Source: a virus
Strand: one strand, 5' to 3'
IMG/VR virus record: IMGVR_UViG_3300050343_000261
Length of the DNA stretch: 64,000 nt
Below, in pieces: positions 48,510 through 58,671 of the stretch; position 1 is the stretch's first letter, and the number at the start of each line of letters is the position of its first letter. A program made the position numbers and the translations under genes. The notes beneath the pieces were generated by a model. It saw only the letters and a program-made list of their open reading frames with translations, did no database searches and was not told the DNA's origin.

Positions 48510-50606
48510 TTAGTATCCGCTAGATGTTGGTGACGAAGATGAAGAGGAAGAAGTCCCACTAACAAGAGTAGTAGTGACTATTGGTGAAGAAGTAATCAAC
48601 CTACTTCCAGGCACATGTGAAGAACCAGTCATCTTGGTTCCGTCAGGCATGATGTGATAATCGCCATAATATTTTTCGCCGTTTACATAACCGATTAGAG
48701 TAGAACCGGCAGTAGTAGTTATAATGGTTCCACGAACCTTCTTATCTGTAGAGTAACTAGACTGAGCAAGGAACCTTGAACCAGAACTATTGTTACCAGT
48801 TGCAACACTATCTACACGCATGTAGACGTTGCTTTTTGCAACATCAAACGATAGGTACATCTCATTTCTGGCAAGAACATCATTAGATAAAGGAACTGCC
48901 TCAATCTCAATGATATTGTTTTCTGCCAGAGTTGATGTAATGTTTACTGTCTCAAGAATAATCTCACCTTTCTCATAATCAATTCGTCCAAACTTGGAGT
49001 TGACAACCTGAACCCGATCATCTTCTAAGATTTGGAAGAGGAACAGATCGCCAGTCTTATCGTTGAGTTTATTGTCTGAGAAGTAGCAAGTTCCCACTAC
49101 ACCTGATACATTGAACCCAGTGGAGTGAATATTGTAAGAACTACCAGAACAATAGAAAGGATTTAGGAAACAGATTTCATACTGTGCAAACTGGTCGATT
49201 TTGGCAACCAGGTCACGACGCATTCTCACCAACGTGATGTTAGAGGTGATGGAATTATCCACACCATCAATAGTTGCTTGAATACCGCTATATTTGAATC
49301 GACCACCAAATTGATTGATTTCACGACCCCCACCATAAAGTGTGAGAGAATTCAATACATTGGTTTTGAGATTGTCAACGTCACCAATAAAATTGGTGTT
49401 GTAGTACACATAGGTATCTACCTCAACATACAAGAAACTCAGGTCTACAAAAGATGGTAGGATACCTGCAATCGTATAATTACGAAGAGATGTGAGAAGT
49501 TGCTTCTTAGTCAGATCTGACAAGAAGAAACCATTTTTAGGTTTGGCAGCAATGAATACCCGACCATACTGTGGAGGAGTAAGTTCTTCGCCACCATAGG
49601 CACTCACAGACTCGATGTTGGGGTAAAGAGAAGGTAAGATTGCCTCGTAGTCATTTGCCGTCACAGCACGGTTCTGAGCGGCATATAGACGGGGTGCATA
49701 ATACTTGACACTCTCTAAAGACTCAATAGAATCTCCATTTTCAGAAGGAGTGCTTGTAAACAGGTTTGCGGCGAATCCACTTTCAGTGGCACCGTCCTGA
49801 TCTTTCAATGTTCCAACAAAGTTGAAGAAACGTACACCGTTTCCTGCCTTACCATTGGTCTTGATATAACCAATAGTAATTACGTTGCCAGACTCTAGTT
49901 TCTTACCAAAGACTCCATCACCGAAAAGAACTTCGTACTTCTCGTCGGTCGTTTCTTGAATAAGGTAAATGTTAGATGCTGAAGTAACACCAACAATAGA
50001 ATTTGCTAACTTATACTCAGTAACAGTGTTATCAGAAGCACTGTTCTTTACTTTTACTGTAAGAGTTGATGTATCCACTCCATTGTTAGGAATGATATAT
50101 CTTTGGTTAGGAAGAGAATTATTGACAGTAAAAGTGTTCTCTAGATATTGTCCTTGATAGATTTCAATAGAAGCACCTGCTGCAGTATCTTTCGCAGGGA
50201 AAGTAATCTTCTCAGAAATAGAAAAAATATAATTTACATCAGATATGCTACCGTTAGCAATGACACCAGGTTGAATTGATACAGTCTCTGTGGTGGTTGG
50301 GAGGGAAGTGATATCAATATCTACTACTGCTCGTGAGGCACGGACAGAACGAGGTACGTAACCAATATTACGTGCTAGAGATACAACGTTCTCTCTGAGA
50401 GTTGCTGAGTCGATAAACGTCTCATTCACCGCCATGTTGGTGTTGTAGGCGGTGCTATACGAATTATATGCAAGAATATTGATAAGCATTGAGAGGTTAG
50501 ACCCCTCAAAGTCCATATCTGTGAAGTTACTGTTCTCTCTCAGATATCCTTTGATTGAGGTCTTTATGTCCTCAAAATTCAGATTTGTAAATTGTGTTAG
50601 TGCCAT
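48510..50606 (-). CDS. gp6: Baseplate wedge subunit
   Basis: FTNLNFEDIKTSIK, LDSATLRENVV-type IDSATLRENVVSLARNIGY, QNRAVTANDYE, FGGRFKYS. Confidence 0.96.
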   Translation of the reverse strand: MALTQFTNLNFEDIKTSIKGYLRENSNFTDMDFEGSNLSMLINILAYNSYSTAYNTNMAVNETFIDSATLRENVVSLARNIGYVPRSVRASRAVVDIDITSLPTTTETVSIQPGVIANGSISDVNYIFSISEKITFPAKDTAAGASIEIYQGQYLENTFTVNNSLPNQRYIIPNNGVDTSTLTVKVKNSASDNTVTEYKLANSIVGVTSASNIYLIQETTDEKYEVLFGDGVFGKKLESGNVITIGYIKTNGKAGNGVRFFNFVGTLKDQDGATESGFAANLFTSTPSENGDSIESLESVKYYAPRLYAAQNRAVTANDYEAILPSLYPNIESVSAYGGEELTPPQYGRVFIAAKPKNGFFLSDLTKKQLLTSLRNYTIAGILPSFVDLSFLYVEVDTYVYYNTNFIGDVDNLKTNVLNSLTLYGGGREINQFGGRFKYSGIQATIDGVDNSITSNITLVRMRRDLVAKIDQFAQYEICFLNPFYCSGSSYNIHSTGFNVSGVVGTCYFSDNKLNDKTGDLFLFQILEDDRVQVVNSKFGRIDYEKGEIILETVNITSTLAENNIIEIEAVPLSNDVLARNEMYLSFDVAKSNVYMRVDSVATGNNSSGSRFLAQSSYSTDKKVRGTIITTTAGSTLIGYVNGEKYYGDYHIMPDGTKMTGSSHVPGSRLITSSPIVTTTLVSGTSSSSSSSPTSSGY

Positions 50607-51010
50607 TATAGCCTAGTAGGTTCAAGAACGAATTGTACCCTTTGTGATGGACTATTCTGTCCAACAATGTCGTAGTAGATTGCTATATCAAGGCAATTTC
50701 TATCTGGGTAACTTTCTACCCTTACGTCAGTAAGTCGGACTCTAGGTTCAAAATTAGTGATAGTAGTTTCAATCTCATTCTTGATGGGATCGACATACTC
50801 CCCATTAGCAAGTTCAAATAAAGCACCAGTAATCCTAGTTCCCAATAGGTTATTGAAGAATACTTCGCCTAATTGAATACGTACTAGGTTTTGAACAGCT
50901 CGCTTGATAGCGTCCTCATTTTTTAGAGGAATAATATCATTAGTGACCGGATGCCTTTTGAAAGACAATGAGATGTCTTTGAAAGGTAGCGATGTTCTCT
51001 GAAGAGGCAC
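50606..51010 (-). CDS. gp25: Baseplate wedge subunit / sheath initiator
   Basis: FKDISLSFKRHPVTND, NEDAIKRAVQNLV, FEPRVRL. Confidence 0.95.
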   Translation of the reverse strand: MPLQRTSLPFKDISLSFKRHPVTNDIIPLKNEDAIKRAVQNLVRIQLGEVFFNNLLGTRITGALFELANGEYVDPIKNEIETTITNFEPRVRLTDVRVESYPDRNCLDIAIYYDIVGQNSPSQRVQFVLEPTRL

Positions 51011-51034
51011 TGCGCGACCTAGTATTTGTCATTG

Positions 51035-51045
51035 TATTTATTTAG
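51035..51045 (-). promoter_or_regulatory. Overlapping late promoters CTAAATAAATA for the baseplate operon
   Basis: Lies between a terminator and the gp25 start. Confidence 0.75.
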
Positions 51046-51050
51046 AGTAC

Positions 51051-51077
51051 AAAAAAAAGGGGTCGTGAGACCCCTTT
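51051..51077 (-). terminator. Rho-independent terminator
   Basis: GGGGTC-tcac-GACCCC followed by T8 on the minus strand. Confidence 0.88.
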
Positions 51078-51086
51078 AGTATATTC

Positions 51087-51245
51087 TTAGTCTGTACCGA
51101 TGTATATCACGTCTACAGAGTCTGGATGAGGAGTACCAGTTCGATAAAACTCATCAGCGAGATCTTGCGTATATTCTTCCATTTCTTCTTCGTTTATAGC
51201 GTCGTGGATCTTAGTTCCTTCGACGAAAATATCGTATCGGTCCAT
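51087..51245 (-). CDS. 52-aa acidic protein missing from the ORF track
   Basis: Manual translation MDRYDIFVEGTKIHDAINEEEMEEYTQDLADEFYRTGTPHPDSVDVIYIGTD. Confidence 0.7.
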   Translation of the reverse strand: MDRYDIFVEGTKIHDAINEEEMEEYTQDLADEFYRTGTPHPDSVDVIYIGTD

Positions 51246-51278
51246 CTAATATTGAAATCACTTGATATATCTATAAAA

Positions 51279-52043
51279 TCAAATAATTCTAGTTTTCTCA
51301 TGACCAACACGACACTTAGGATCACACCAAATTTCAAACCCTGCTTTCTTAGCATCGAGGCAGAAAGATACGTCTTCACCACACATGTCTTGGACTTCTC
51401 CAGATTCAAAAACTTGCATCTGAGGAGCAAACCAAGGGTATGTCATCATCTTGTGTTCAAACACACCCTTCTTGATTAGCAACCAACCGAAACCGGTGTA
51501 GTCAACAGTAAAAGGTTTGCGACGCTTCTGAATGCCGTCAAGCATCTCGTGGTTCATTACACCACCGTTATTCTTGAAGTCATCCTCTTCCAACCAGTGT
51601 GCAACAGAAGTGGTGTTACCATCTTCAGTCACATACCAACCAGCAGCAAGGTCTTTGTCCATCCAAAGGATGCGATAAAATTGTTCAAGACCAAAAACGA
51701 TGTCACTATCGATCCACAGTTGATAATCATACTGGAGTTTGCCATCCCAAGGTTCTTGATCAGGACCACGGAGGACATTTGCTCCTAGACACTTACAACG
51801 GGCAAAGTTGACCATTGAAGAGTAGTCTTGGGAGATTTGAATAGCACCCCCCTGCTGTACAATCTCAAAACAGAGTTGTACAAAGTTTTTCAGGAAAATA
51901 TATGATACGCCGCGACCAGGGAGACAGAAGACAAAGGTTTTACCCTTTACCATCTCTCTTGCGGCTTCAACACTGAACTCGTCCGACTTTGTAGTTTGTT
52001 CGCCTTCTGGCGGAGTCGTTACCACCTTGAAACCTTTAGCCAT
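51279..52043 (-). CDS. GT-A (GT2-like) glycosyltransferase-like protein
   Basis: VFCLPG, VNFARC, YDYQLWIDSD (DxD), GFGWLLIKKGVFE, GEDVSFC. Confidence 0.75.
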   Translation of the reverse strand: MAKGFKVVTTPPEGEQTTKSDEFSVEAAREMVKGKTFVFCLPGRGVSYIFLKNFVQLCFEIVQQGGAIQISQDYSSMVNFARCKCLGANVLRGPDQEPWDGKLQYDYQLWIDSDIVFGLEQFYRILWMDKDLAAGWYVTEDGNTTSVAHWLEEDDFKNNGGVMNHEMLDGIQKRRKPFTVDYTGFGWLLIKKGVFEHKMMTYPWFAPQMQVFESGEVQDMCGEDVSFCLDAKKAGFEIWCDPKCRVGHEKTRII

Positions 52044-52096
52044 ACATGTAGGTCAATTTTTGATAAGGCATCACGCCTAAGTGCATGATACCATAT

Positions 52097-52103
52097 TATT
52101 TAG
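52097..52103 (-). promoter_or_regulatory. Late promoter CTAAATA for the glycosyltransferase-like gene
   Basis: Overlaps the radical SAM stop. Confidence 0.65.
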
Positions 52104-53353
52104 TACCCCGCAAGTTCGGGAAAAGTCAGTCTCCAATTGGTTCCTCGGGTCTTATCAAGATCATCAAAATACTCTTTTGCAATCTCCCAAGACCCAGGTT
52201 CGCATGGTCTCATCATATCTAAAGCAACTGACTCACTAACACCTTTTACCTCATCTAATATCTGCTCCTTGAGTGGTTCTGGCAGATTATTGACTCTTAG
52301 AAAACGTGGGTTCTCTAATCGGTTATAGATTTCAAATGGACGCTTTTTTAGTTCGTGCTCTTCAAAAAACTCAAATACTTCTTTGATTTTGTACACACTT
52401 AGAAGAGAAGGTGTATATGTTGTCGTCAAAGAACCTTTTCCTGATTCTTTGCAATATTTTCGCAGTGCTTGAACATTTGCCCATGTTTTATCCCAATCTG
52501 TTGGATATCTCAAATAATGGTTTCTTTCGCGCAATCCATCACAACTCCATTGAACATGGATGTATCTAAACTCTTTCAGGTATTTTTCCATTACTTTCAT
52601 GTCCCACATAGTCATATTTGAGACATAGTTCAATTTCATGTGTGATGCTTTTCCTGCAAGAATCAAAGCATCTAGAACTTGAAAATGTGCCTTCATCGCC
52701 ATTGGTTCTCCACCACAGAATCCCATGGCACCAATGCGGTCAGCATTATCAATAATGTCTTCTACAAGTTTACGAAATTGATCTGGGTCAACTTTTCTGA
52801 GATCTGTAGGTAACCAGTAGGCATCATCAACATTTTTGGCAAACCAGTCGTCTCTTCCCTCAGAAACTCGTAGGTCTGAGATTTTTTCTAATCTAGCAGT
52901 TCTAGTTGTTGAATCTGCAGGATGACACCCATAACATTCCAGATTACAATAACTACCATAAAAATTCAGTTCTAGATTTAGAAATTCACGAATATCTGGA
53001 TCGTGATCATGATTATACGTTCCATCATCATTATAAAGAGCAAGAATCTCTTCATCAATTTTCGCCATCAAACGAGCAGACGTACCACTCGTTTTTTCTC
53101 GCTCATGACACAAATGACAAATTCCTTTACACTGATTGGTTATTTCGCCATTCAACATTCCACGGCGTAACTCAACTGCCTCTGGACCATCAAAATATTC
53201 AAAAACAGTTTCAGTAGCAGGACCAACTAGTTGTTGGCGGTGTGCCCAGCAACATGGAGCATATCCATGTGATTGTCCATTTCTAACAGAGATAAATGGA
53301 TATGCACAAAGACCATTGTTTTTTTGATTAGCAATTAGCTCTGTTCTATTCAT
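52100..53353 (-). CDS. Radical SAM protein with an N-terminal SPASM/twitch-like Cys cluster
   Basis: CNLECYGC (CxxxCxxC), FCGGEP, YVSNMT, WSCDG; N-terminal CAYPF..APCC..CHLC. Confidence 0.92.
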   Translation of the reverse strand: MNRTELIANQKNNGLCAYPFISVRNGQSHGYAPCCWAHRQQLVGPATETVFEYFDGPEAVELRRGMLNGEITNQCKGICHLCHEREKTSGTSARLMAKIDEEILALYNDDGTYNHDHDPDIREFLNLELNFYGSYCNLECYGCHPADSTTRTARLEKISDLRVSEGRDDWFAKNVDDAYWLPTDLRKVDPDQFRKLVEDIIDNADRIGAMGFCGGEPMAMKAHFQVLDALILAGKASHMKLNYVSNMTMWDMKVMEKYLKEFRYIHVQWSCDGLRERNHYLRYPTDWDKTWANVQALRKYCKESGKGSLTTTYTPSLLSVYKIKEVFEFFEEHELKKRPFEIYNRLENPRFLRVNNLPEPLKEQILDEVKGVSESVALDMMRPCEPGSWEIAKEYFDDLDKTRGTNWRLTFPELAGY

Positions 53354-54192
53354 ATACCAGGAAACAGATGATGGAGTTTTTCATTATCAGTCATTTCCTG
53401 GATAATCCACTTTGCAATCGCAATATGCCCGTTTTTACCCGGATGCCATCCACCCAACCAGCGGTGAGTGTCTTCCTCATTACCAGCGGCAAATTCTGTC
53501 TTTTCATCTCTCTGATCAAGAGTTCTATACTCCCTCATCAGTTCTTCATCATTCATCCACCATGTAGGACAAATAGCATCTGTTTCTCCGACAAAATACT
53601 CTCTATTGCAAAATTCTTCTTGTGATGGTGTCACACCCTTGACACGCTTGGTGTCTACCAACTCTTTCCACTTAGTATCGCAACTTTCAAGTTCTTTCTT
53701 AGTCCATTCCTCTAATTGAAGAAAAACATAAGGAATACGTTTTGCTTTGAAGTATTGTTCAAGTAAAAATACGTTTTTGTAAAAATTGTCAATATATTGG
53801 GTTCTAGACTTGACATTAGCGTCCCACCACTCACAAATCTCAATTACTTTGTGTTCTGGGTGGCAACCATAAAAATGTTCATACTGATCCATGCTGAACC
53901 AGCGTTCATTTACTTCGCTGTAGTATGCCCACCTCTGAGGGTGCGAAAACTGAACTACAGCAACATCTATTTCGTTGTTCTCACAATACTCAACTGTATC
54001 CCGAGTAATCTCATCATTGGAGTAACCAGAATACCCAATATTGTCAAATGTTACTGAAATGCCAAAAAGTTCATCCAAATATTCCTTTACGACATTTGAA
54101 TATCTTAGTTTGTCCCTTTGTTCCATACTATGTTCCAGACCATCCAATTCAGTCCCTTCACAAAAGGAATCGCCAGAAAATAGTATTTTCAT
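53350..54192 (-). CDS. SGNH-hydrolase-like protein (copy 1)
   Basis: FSGDSFCEG, GYSNDEI, GWHPGKNGH. Confidence 0.75.
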   Translation of the reverse strand: MKILFSGDSFCEGTELDGLEHSMEQRDKLRYSNVVKEYLDELFGISVTFDNIGYSGYSNDEITRDTVEYCENNEIDVAVVQFSHPQRWAYYSEVNERWFSMDQYEHFYGCHPEHKVIEICEWWDANVKSRTQYIDNFYKNVFLLEQYFKAKRIPYVFLQLEEWTKKELESCDTKWKELVDTKRVKGVTPSQEEFCNREYFVGETDAICPTWWMNDEELMREYRTLDQRDEKTEFAAGNEEDTHRWLGGWHPGKNGHIAIAKWIIQEMTDNEKLHHLFPGI

Positions 54193-55568
54193 AATACAGT
54201 AACGTTGTACTTGTTTGAGAAATCAATTGCATCAGACCATTCGTTGACCATTGGCATGCCACGAATGTTCAATGATGTATTTAGAAGTACAGGGCAACCT
54301 GTACGCTCATACCATGCCTCTAGAATCGCCCTGAAGACGCTTGAACTGGTCTCGGGCACCGTTTGTACTCTTGCACTGTTATCGACGTGCACGCAGGCAG
54401 GAATCTCGTCTGGACGCTTACATTGATAGACATAAGACATGTATCGAGAGTGCTCTGGCATATCAAAGTAATCTTGACAATGCTCCTCCAGAATTGCGGG
54501 TGCAAATGGTCTAAACTTCTGTCTTTTCTTGATTTCGTTGACTCGATCCTTATTTGCAAATGATCGGGGGTCCGCAATCAAAGAACGGTTACCTAAAGCA
54601 CGAGGACCGTACTCTGCCTTACCATTTGCTATACCACAGATGCCATCCTTCAAAAGAACATCCACAACTGCTTCAGGATCAACTTTACGGTCGATCTTAT
54701 ACCCAGTGTAAGGAGTGAACTCAACTTTCTTACCTGATGCCAATAGAGCAGCACCAAGTGCCCCACCAGCGTCTCCTGGGTTGGGCATGATCCACAAGTT
54801 GCATTTTTTGCGGAGTTTGGTGTTAGCAACACAGTTCAAGGCAACACCACCACCATAGCAAACGTTATCGCTGTATCGGAGTGCAATATCAAAGATCTTA
54901 TTCAACTCTTCTTCTAGAACGACCTGTGCACTAGCAGCAACGTCCTCTTTGTTCTCAATATCCAGACGACAACCTCGATGGTTGTTTTGAGACAAAAGTT
55001 TCCTTACCTCATCTACATGTTTGGGTTCACCAAACGCTGCCATACCCATAAAGATATATTCCTCGTCTAAAGGACGAAGACCTGCCCATCCAGTCAAAGC
55101 AGAGTACCAAAGACCTATAGATTTTGGATATCTACGAGACCAACGTTTTTTATAGACAGCACTACCACCAACCATCTCTGCAGTCCATACAGAACTACAA
55201 TCCCACTCACCAATACTATCTACAACAACACATGCTGCTTCATCAAAGCATGAAGTTTGAAATGCCGCTGCAGCATGCGACATATGATGGGGGAAACCGA
55301 TATTTGGTCGTAACGCTAGATGTCTCCGTTTACGCCAATGGTTTTGTCCAGCAAAAAATTGCCTGACACGTTTTGGGATCTGCTGCTCATAAAAAGAAAC
55401 TACGTCATCACTTGTGTTGAGTGATTCGCCATAAAAAGCAAGTTCCTCACATAATTTTTTATCGTGTTTTTTCTTAGAGTATCTTTCGCTGTGTGCAGCA
55501 AAGATAATCTTGTTATTACGCACAACCGCCAGTCCGGCGTCGTGAAACCCCTCAGAGAATCCAATCAT
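54189..55568 (-). CDS. NodU/CmcH-family carbamoyltransferase
   Basis: GFHDAG, HHMSHAAAAF, DSIGE, GGGVALNC, EYGPRALGNRSL, FRPFAP, LLNTSLN. Confidence 0.93.
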   Translation of the reverse strand: MIGFSEGFHDAGLAVVRNNKIIFAAHSERYSKKKHDKKLCEELAFYGESLNTSDDVVSFYEQQIPKRVRQFFAGQNHWRKRRHLALRPNIGFPHHMSHAAAAFQTSCFDEAACVVVDSIGEWDCSSVWTAEMVGGSAVYKKRWSRRYPKSIGLWYSALTGWAGLRPLDEEYIFMGMAAFGEPKHVDEVRKLLSQNNHRGCRLDIENKEDVAASAQVVLEEELNKIFDIALRYSDNVCYGGGVALNCVANTKLRKKCNLWIMPNPGDAGGALGAALLASGKKVEFTPYTGYKIDRKVDPEAVVDVLLKDGICGIANGKAEYGPRALGNRSLIADPRSFANKDRVNEIKKRQKFRPFAPAILEEHCQDYFDMPEHSRYMSYVYQCKRPDEIPACVHVDNSARVQTVPETSSSVFRAILEAWYERTGCPVLLNTSLNIRGMPMVNEWSDAIDFSNKYNVTVL

Positions 55569-55702
55569 CCTTCATCGTCCCCCTCATCAGCAAAAGGATC
55601 ATCCATCTCATCCATCTGATCTGCTTCATAAATGAACGGATCCATTTTACGGATTTTCCGAAGATTCCATTCACCTACAATCCAATACCAGAGTCGGCGC
55701 AT
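55565..55702 (-). CDS. 45-aa protein missing from the ORF track
   Basis: Manual translation MRRLWYWIVGEWNLRKIRKMDPFIYEADQMDEMDDPFADEGDDEG; GAGG RBS; ATGA overlap with the carbamoyltransferase. Confidence 0.7.
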   Translation of the reverse strand: MRRLWYWIVGEWNLRKIRKMDPFIYEADQMDEMDDPFADEGDDEG

Positions 55703-55732
55703 AATTACCTCAAATGCTTCCTATCTATAATA

Positions 55733-56623
55733 TCACTTTCCCCAAGATTCGGGCAATTTGCCAAAATACTTCTTCCAATTAGAGTAGCAAGGTTCCATCA
55801 TAATCTTTGCTTTATCTTTGACATGATCTGGCATATGCATTACGTCAGATTCCCACTGATCGTTCAAATATTGGATATGTGGAGCACAGGGACCGAGATC
55901 TGGGACATATGCATTGACATGAGTTTCCTTGATATCCATACCAATAAAACCTGACAGTAGAGAAGTCTCTCCTGCCCAAAAATCTTCCATAATCGTTATA
56001 TGGGTGTTATCATTGCCAAATGCATCTGCCCATTTGTTGTAAAAGTCGATATAGTCAAAATCCATACCAGACTTTAGAAAATGCTCGACAGGTTTGTCTC
56101 TTTTCTGAGCTTGACGACAAGACCACAATCTCCGAATGGGATCTCGGAAAATCATGTGAATTTTTACATCAAAATAACTCTGTAAATGATATGCAAGATA
56201 TTTTATGTACTCTGCATCACAATATCCATTAGGGTTGCTAAAATCAGCAACTGCTTTATAATCATCTTTGATATTATCCCAATGTTTCAAGTAATATTGA
56301 ACATACTTCGCCAAATCAAATGGAGGACCCCAAAAATACTCAATTTCTTCCTCAGTCCATTTTCCAGCAACGTACTTAGATTCATGAGTGAAGATTTTGG
56401 GTTTCCGAGTCGTAGTTGACTGCCTGGATGGTCCAAAAAACTTTTTGTAAAACTTTATTCTCTCAAACGTGTTATTATCTCTCTGTAATTGGAGCAACCA
56501 CAGATATCCTTTCTCTTTACGGTGTCCAGCATGACAATAGTTGTTATACCAACCCAAAGTGTAGTATAATGGAGTGGTCCCTGACCATCCAGTTCCTACA
56601 TTCAAAAATAATGTAGGTTTCAT
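55733..56623 (-). CDS. Sulfotransferase-like protein (copy 4)
   Basis: VGTGWSGTTPL, RKEKGYL, IFRDPIRRLWS, NAYVPDLG...DQW. Confidence 0.75.
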   Translation of the reverse strand: MKPTLFLNVGTGWSGTTPLYYTLGWYNNYCHAGHRKEKGYLWLLQLQRDNNTFERIKFYKKFFGPSRQSTTTRKPKIFTHESKYVAGKWTEEEIEYFWGPPFDLAKYVQYYLKHWDNIKDDYKAVADFSNPNGYCDAEYIKYLAYHLQSYFDVKIHMIFRDPIRRLWSCRQAQKRDKPVEHFLKSGMDFDYIDFYNKWADAFGNDNTHITIMEDFWAGETSLLSGFIGMDIKETHVNAYVPDLGPCAPHIQYLNDQWESDVMHMPDHVKDKAKIMMEPCYSNWKKYFGKLPESWGK

Positions 56624-56778
56624 CCTCTACAAGGTTCAATTCGGATATCTTCAGGTTTATAAGTAGTGTTGATTCCTGCCATAATCATATTTTGCATGGT
56701 AGTGCGAATCTCTTCTGCTTTTTCTTTTGATAGAGATTCAAAGATGATTTTCTTGTCTAGATAGACATCATACGGCAT
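56620..56778 (-). CDS. 52-aa protein missing from the ORF track
   Basis: Manual translation MPYDVYLDKKIIFESLSKEKAEEIRTTMQNMIMAGINTTYKPEDIRIEPCRG; AGGAGG RBS; ATGA overlap downstream. Confidence 0.75.
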   Translation of the reverse strand: MPYDVYLDKKIIFESLSKEKAEEIRTTMQNMIMAGINTTYKPEDIRIEPCRG

Positions 56779-56810
56779 ACGACCCACCTCCTGAATTTAT
56801 ATAGTTTACC

Positions 56811-57782
56811 ATGAAACCAACACTTCTTCTAAATCCCGGCGTTGGTTGGGCAGCAACCAGTCCGATGCACTACACAGTGACGATGGACAACCAATATGTT
56901 CACATGGGGCATAAGAAAGAGAATTGGTACCTCAAAGCACTTTGTATGCAGGATGAGGAGCATGAACGTGCTTTTGATCTAATGTGGAACGGTGCTAGTT
57001 ATCAAAAAAGACCAAACGATCATCCGTATGGCGAATATTTGTCGAAAAGTAACCGATTTATCAAAAATACATCTTTAGATGGGCTTATGGTGAACCCAAA
57101 GTCACTCGATGCGTACATTGAATACTTTTTAGGGCATTGGGAAAACATCAAAGACGAATATCAGGGAGTTTGCGACTTCTCCAACGCAAATTTTAGTCTT
57201 CCTAGAGAATTTTTGTTTGAAATTGCTCCAAAATTGCAGGAACACTTCAAAGTCAAGATCTTGATGGAGTTTCGTGACCCTGTTAGGCGCTATTTTTCGG
57301 AAGTTGGTAGTTTATTGACCCGAAAAGTCGATGTTGTAGATTCTTGGTGCGGAGATTTTACCGCAGCAGCCTTTGCAAAGAGACAAAATCACCGAAAATT
57401 GTTTTTTCACAACCTAAAACAGAATAGAGTGCCAGATCATTGCGATTATATCGCTGGTTACCTAAAATATTGCGATGCTTTTGGTAAAGATAACGTTTAT
57501 CCAGTGGTGATGGAGGATTTTTGGGATCCTGAACAAGAAAGAGAGCAACTTGGCGCTATTTCTGAGTTTTTTGAGTACCCAATTACAGAACTTCATCAAA
57601 ATGTTTATGTCCCAGACATGGGAAGTAAGGCACCACACCACGATTACCTAAAAGATCAGTGGATAAGCGACGTTGAAGACCTTACTGAAGAAGATATCCG
57701 AGTGGCAGGCATGTATATGGGTAAGTTTTATAAAGATTGGAAGCACGTTTTCAAAACTCTACCTAAAGCATGGGGAAAATAG
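56811..57782 (+). CDS. Sulfotransferase-like protein (copy 5)
   Basis: PGVGWAATSPM, KKENWYL, EFRDPVRRYFS, NVYVPDMG...DQW. Confidence 0.75.
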   Translation: MKPTLLLNPGVGWAATSPMHYTVTMDNQYVHMGHKKENWYLKALCMQDEEHERAFDLMWNGASYQKRPNDHPYGEYLSKSNRFIKNTSLDGLMVNPKSLDAYIEYFLGHWENIKDEYQGVCDFSNANFSLPREFLFEIAPKLQEHFKVKILMEFRDPVRRYFSEVGSLLTRKVDVVDSWCGDFTAAAFAKRQNHRKLFFHNLKQNRVPDHCDYIAGYLKYCDAFGKDNVYPVVMEDFWDPEQEREQLGAISEFFEYPITELHQNVYVPDMGSKAPHHDYLKDQWISDVEDLTEEDIRVAGMYMGKFYKDWKHVFKTLPKAWGK

Positions 57783-57835
57783 AGTGCTATCAAGTCACCA
57801 TCATGACTTTGAGTATGATGGCCAAACTATGTTAC

Positions 57836-57843
57836 GATAAATA
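57836..57843 (+). promoter_or_regulatory. Late promoter GATAAATA for the SGNH gene run
   Basis: One mismatch from consensus, about 40 nt upstream of 57886. Confidence 0.6.
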
Positions 57844-57885
57844 CGGCAGAATCCCCGCATTACTGCCTAGGAAATTTGATCTATT

Positions 57886-58671
57886 ATGAATCTTGTTACT
57901 TTTGGATGCTCTTGGATGTTCGGAGTGGGCACTAACTACACTCCAGGGATGAGTAAGATTGAATATAAACAAGGTAAAGACAATCATGACGCAAAGTTCG
58001 GAGACAAATATGCCTTTCGTAAGCATCTAGCAGATAAGTGGGAGTGCACGAACGAAAATTTCGCTCAAATGGGGTCTTCCAATGAGCGTCAGTTTCGGTT
58101 TGCTGAGAGATACTTTGGTAAATTAGATCCAAGTGAGTACAAAAACACAGTTGTCCTCTGGGCATTGACTGTTACAACCCGCACTGAGGTGTTTTCTAAG
58201 GAAAAGGGGAAGTATATCAACGTTCTTTTTGGTAATGGATGGGGTGCTGACACCCAAATGGAGCGTGCTAAGTTTGATAGCAAGGCACATTTAGCACATC
58301 ACTATGATCACAAGGAGAAAGTAGAACTACTTGGACACAAATGCCGCTTCTGGAACCGCTTTTTTGAAGCAGCAGGTATTGAAAATTATTGGTTTGATAC
58401 TTTCAATCATCATGAATACCCCAAACCAATCGATAGGATGCTCTTTGACGATCAACCTAGGCGGGATCTGATGTCTTTGAAGTGTGCAGACTTACAATTC
58501 TCCCCAAAAGCAGATGGATATCACGTCTCGCAGTTCTCTTCTTCAGATTCTACTCGCATTCAATATCTAGAAGAACAGAAACAAGTCAATCCTTTCTCTC
58601 AACATCCCACTAGAGAGTATCATGAGTGGATAGCAGATAAGATTGATGCTGAGGTTGCTCGATTTAGATGA
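57886..58671 (+). CDS. SGNH-hydrolase-like protein (copy 2)
   Basis: VTFGCSWMFG, GSSNERQFR, SQHPTREYH. Confidence 0.75.
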   Translation: MNLVTFGCSWMFGVGTNYTPGMSKIEYKQGKDNHDAKFGDKYAFRKHLADKWECTNENFAQMGSSNERQFRFAERYFGKLDPSEYKNTVVLWALTVTTRTEVFSKEKGKYINVLFGNGWGADTQMERAKFDSKAHLAHHYDHKEKVELLGHKCRFWNRFFEAAGIENYWFDTFNHHEYPKPIDRMLFDDQPRRDLMSLKCADLQFSPKADGYHVSQFSSSDSTRIQYLEEQKQVNPFSQHPTREYHEWIADKIDAEVARFR

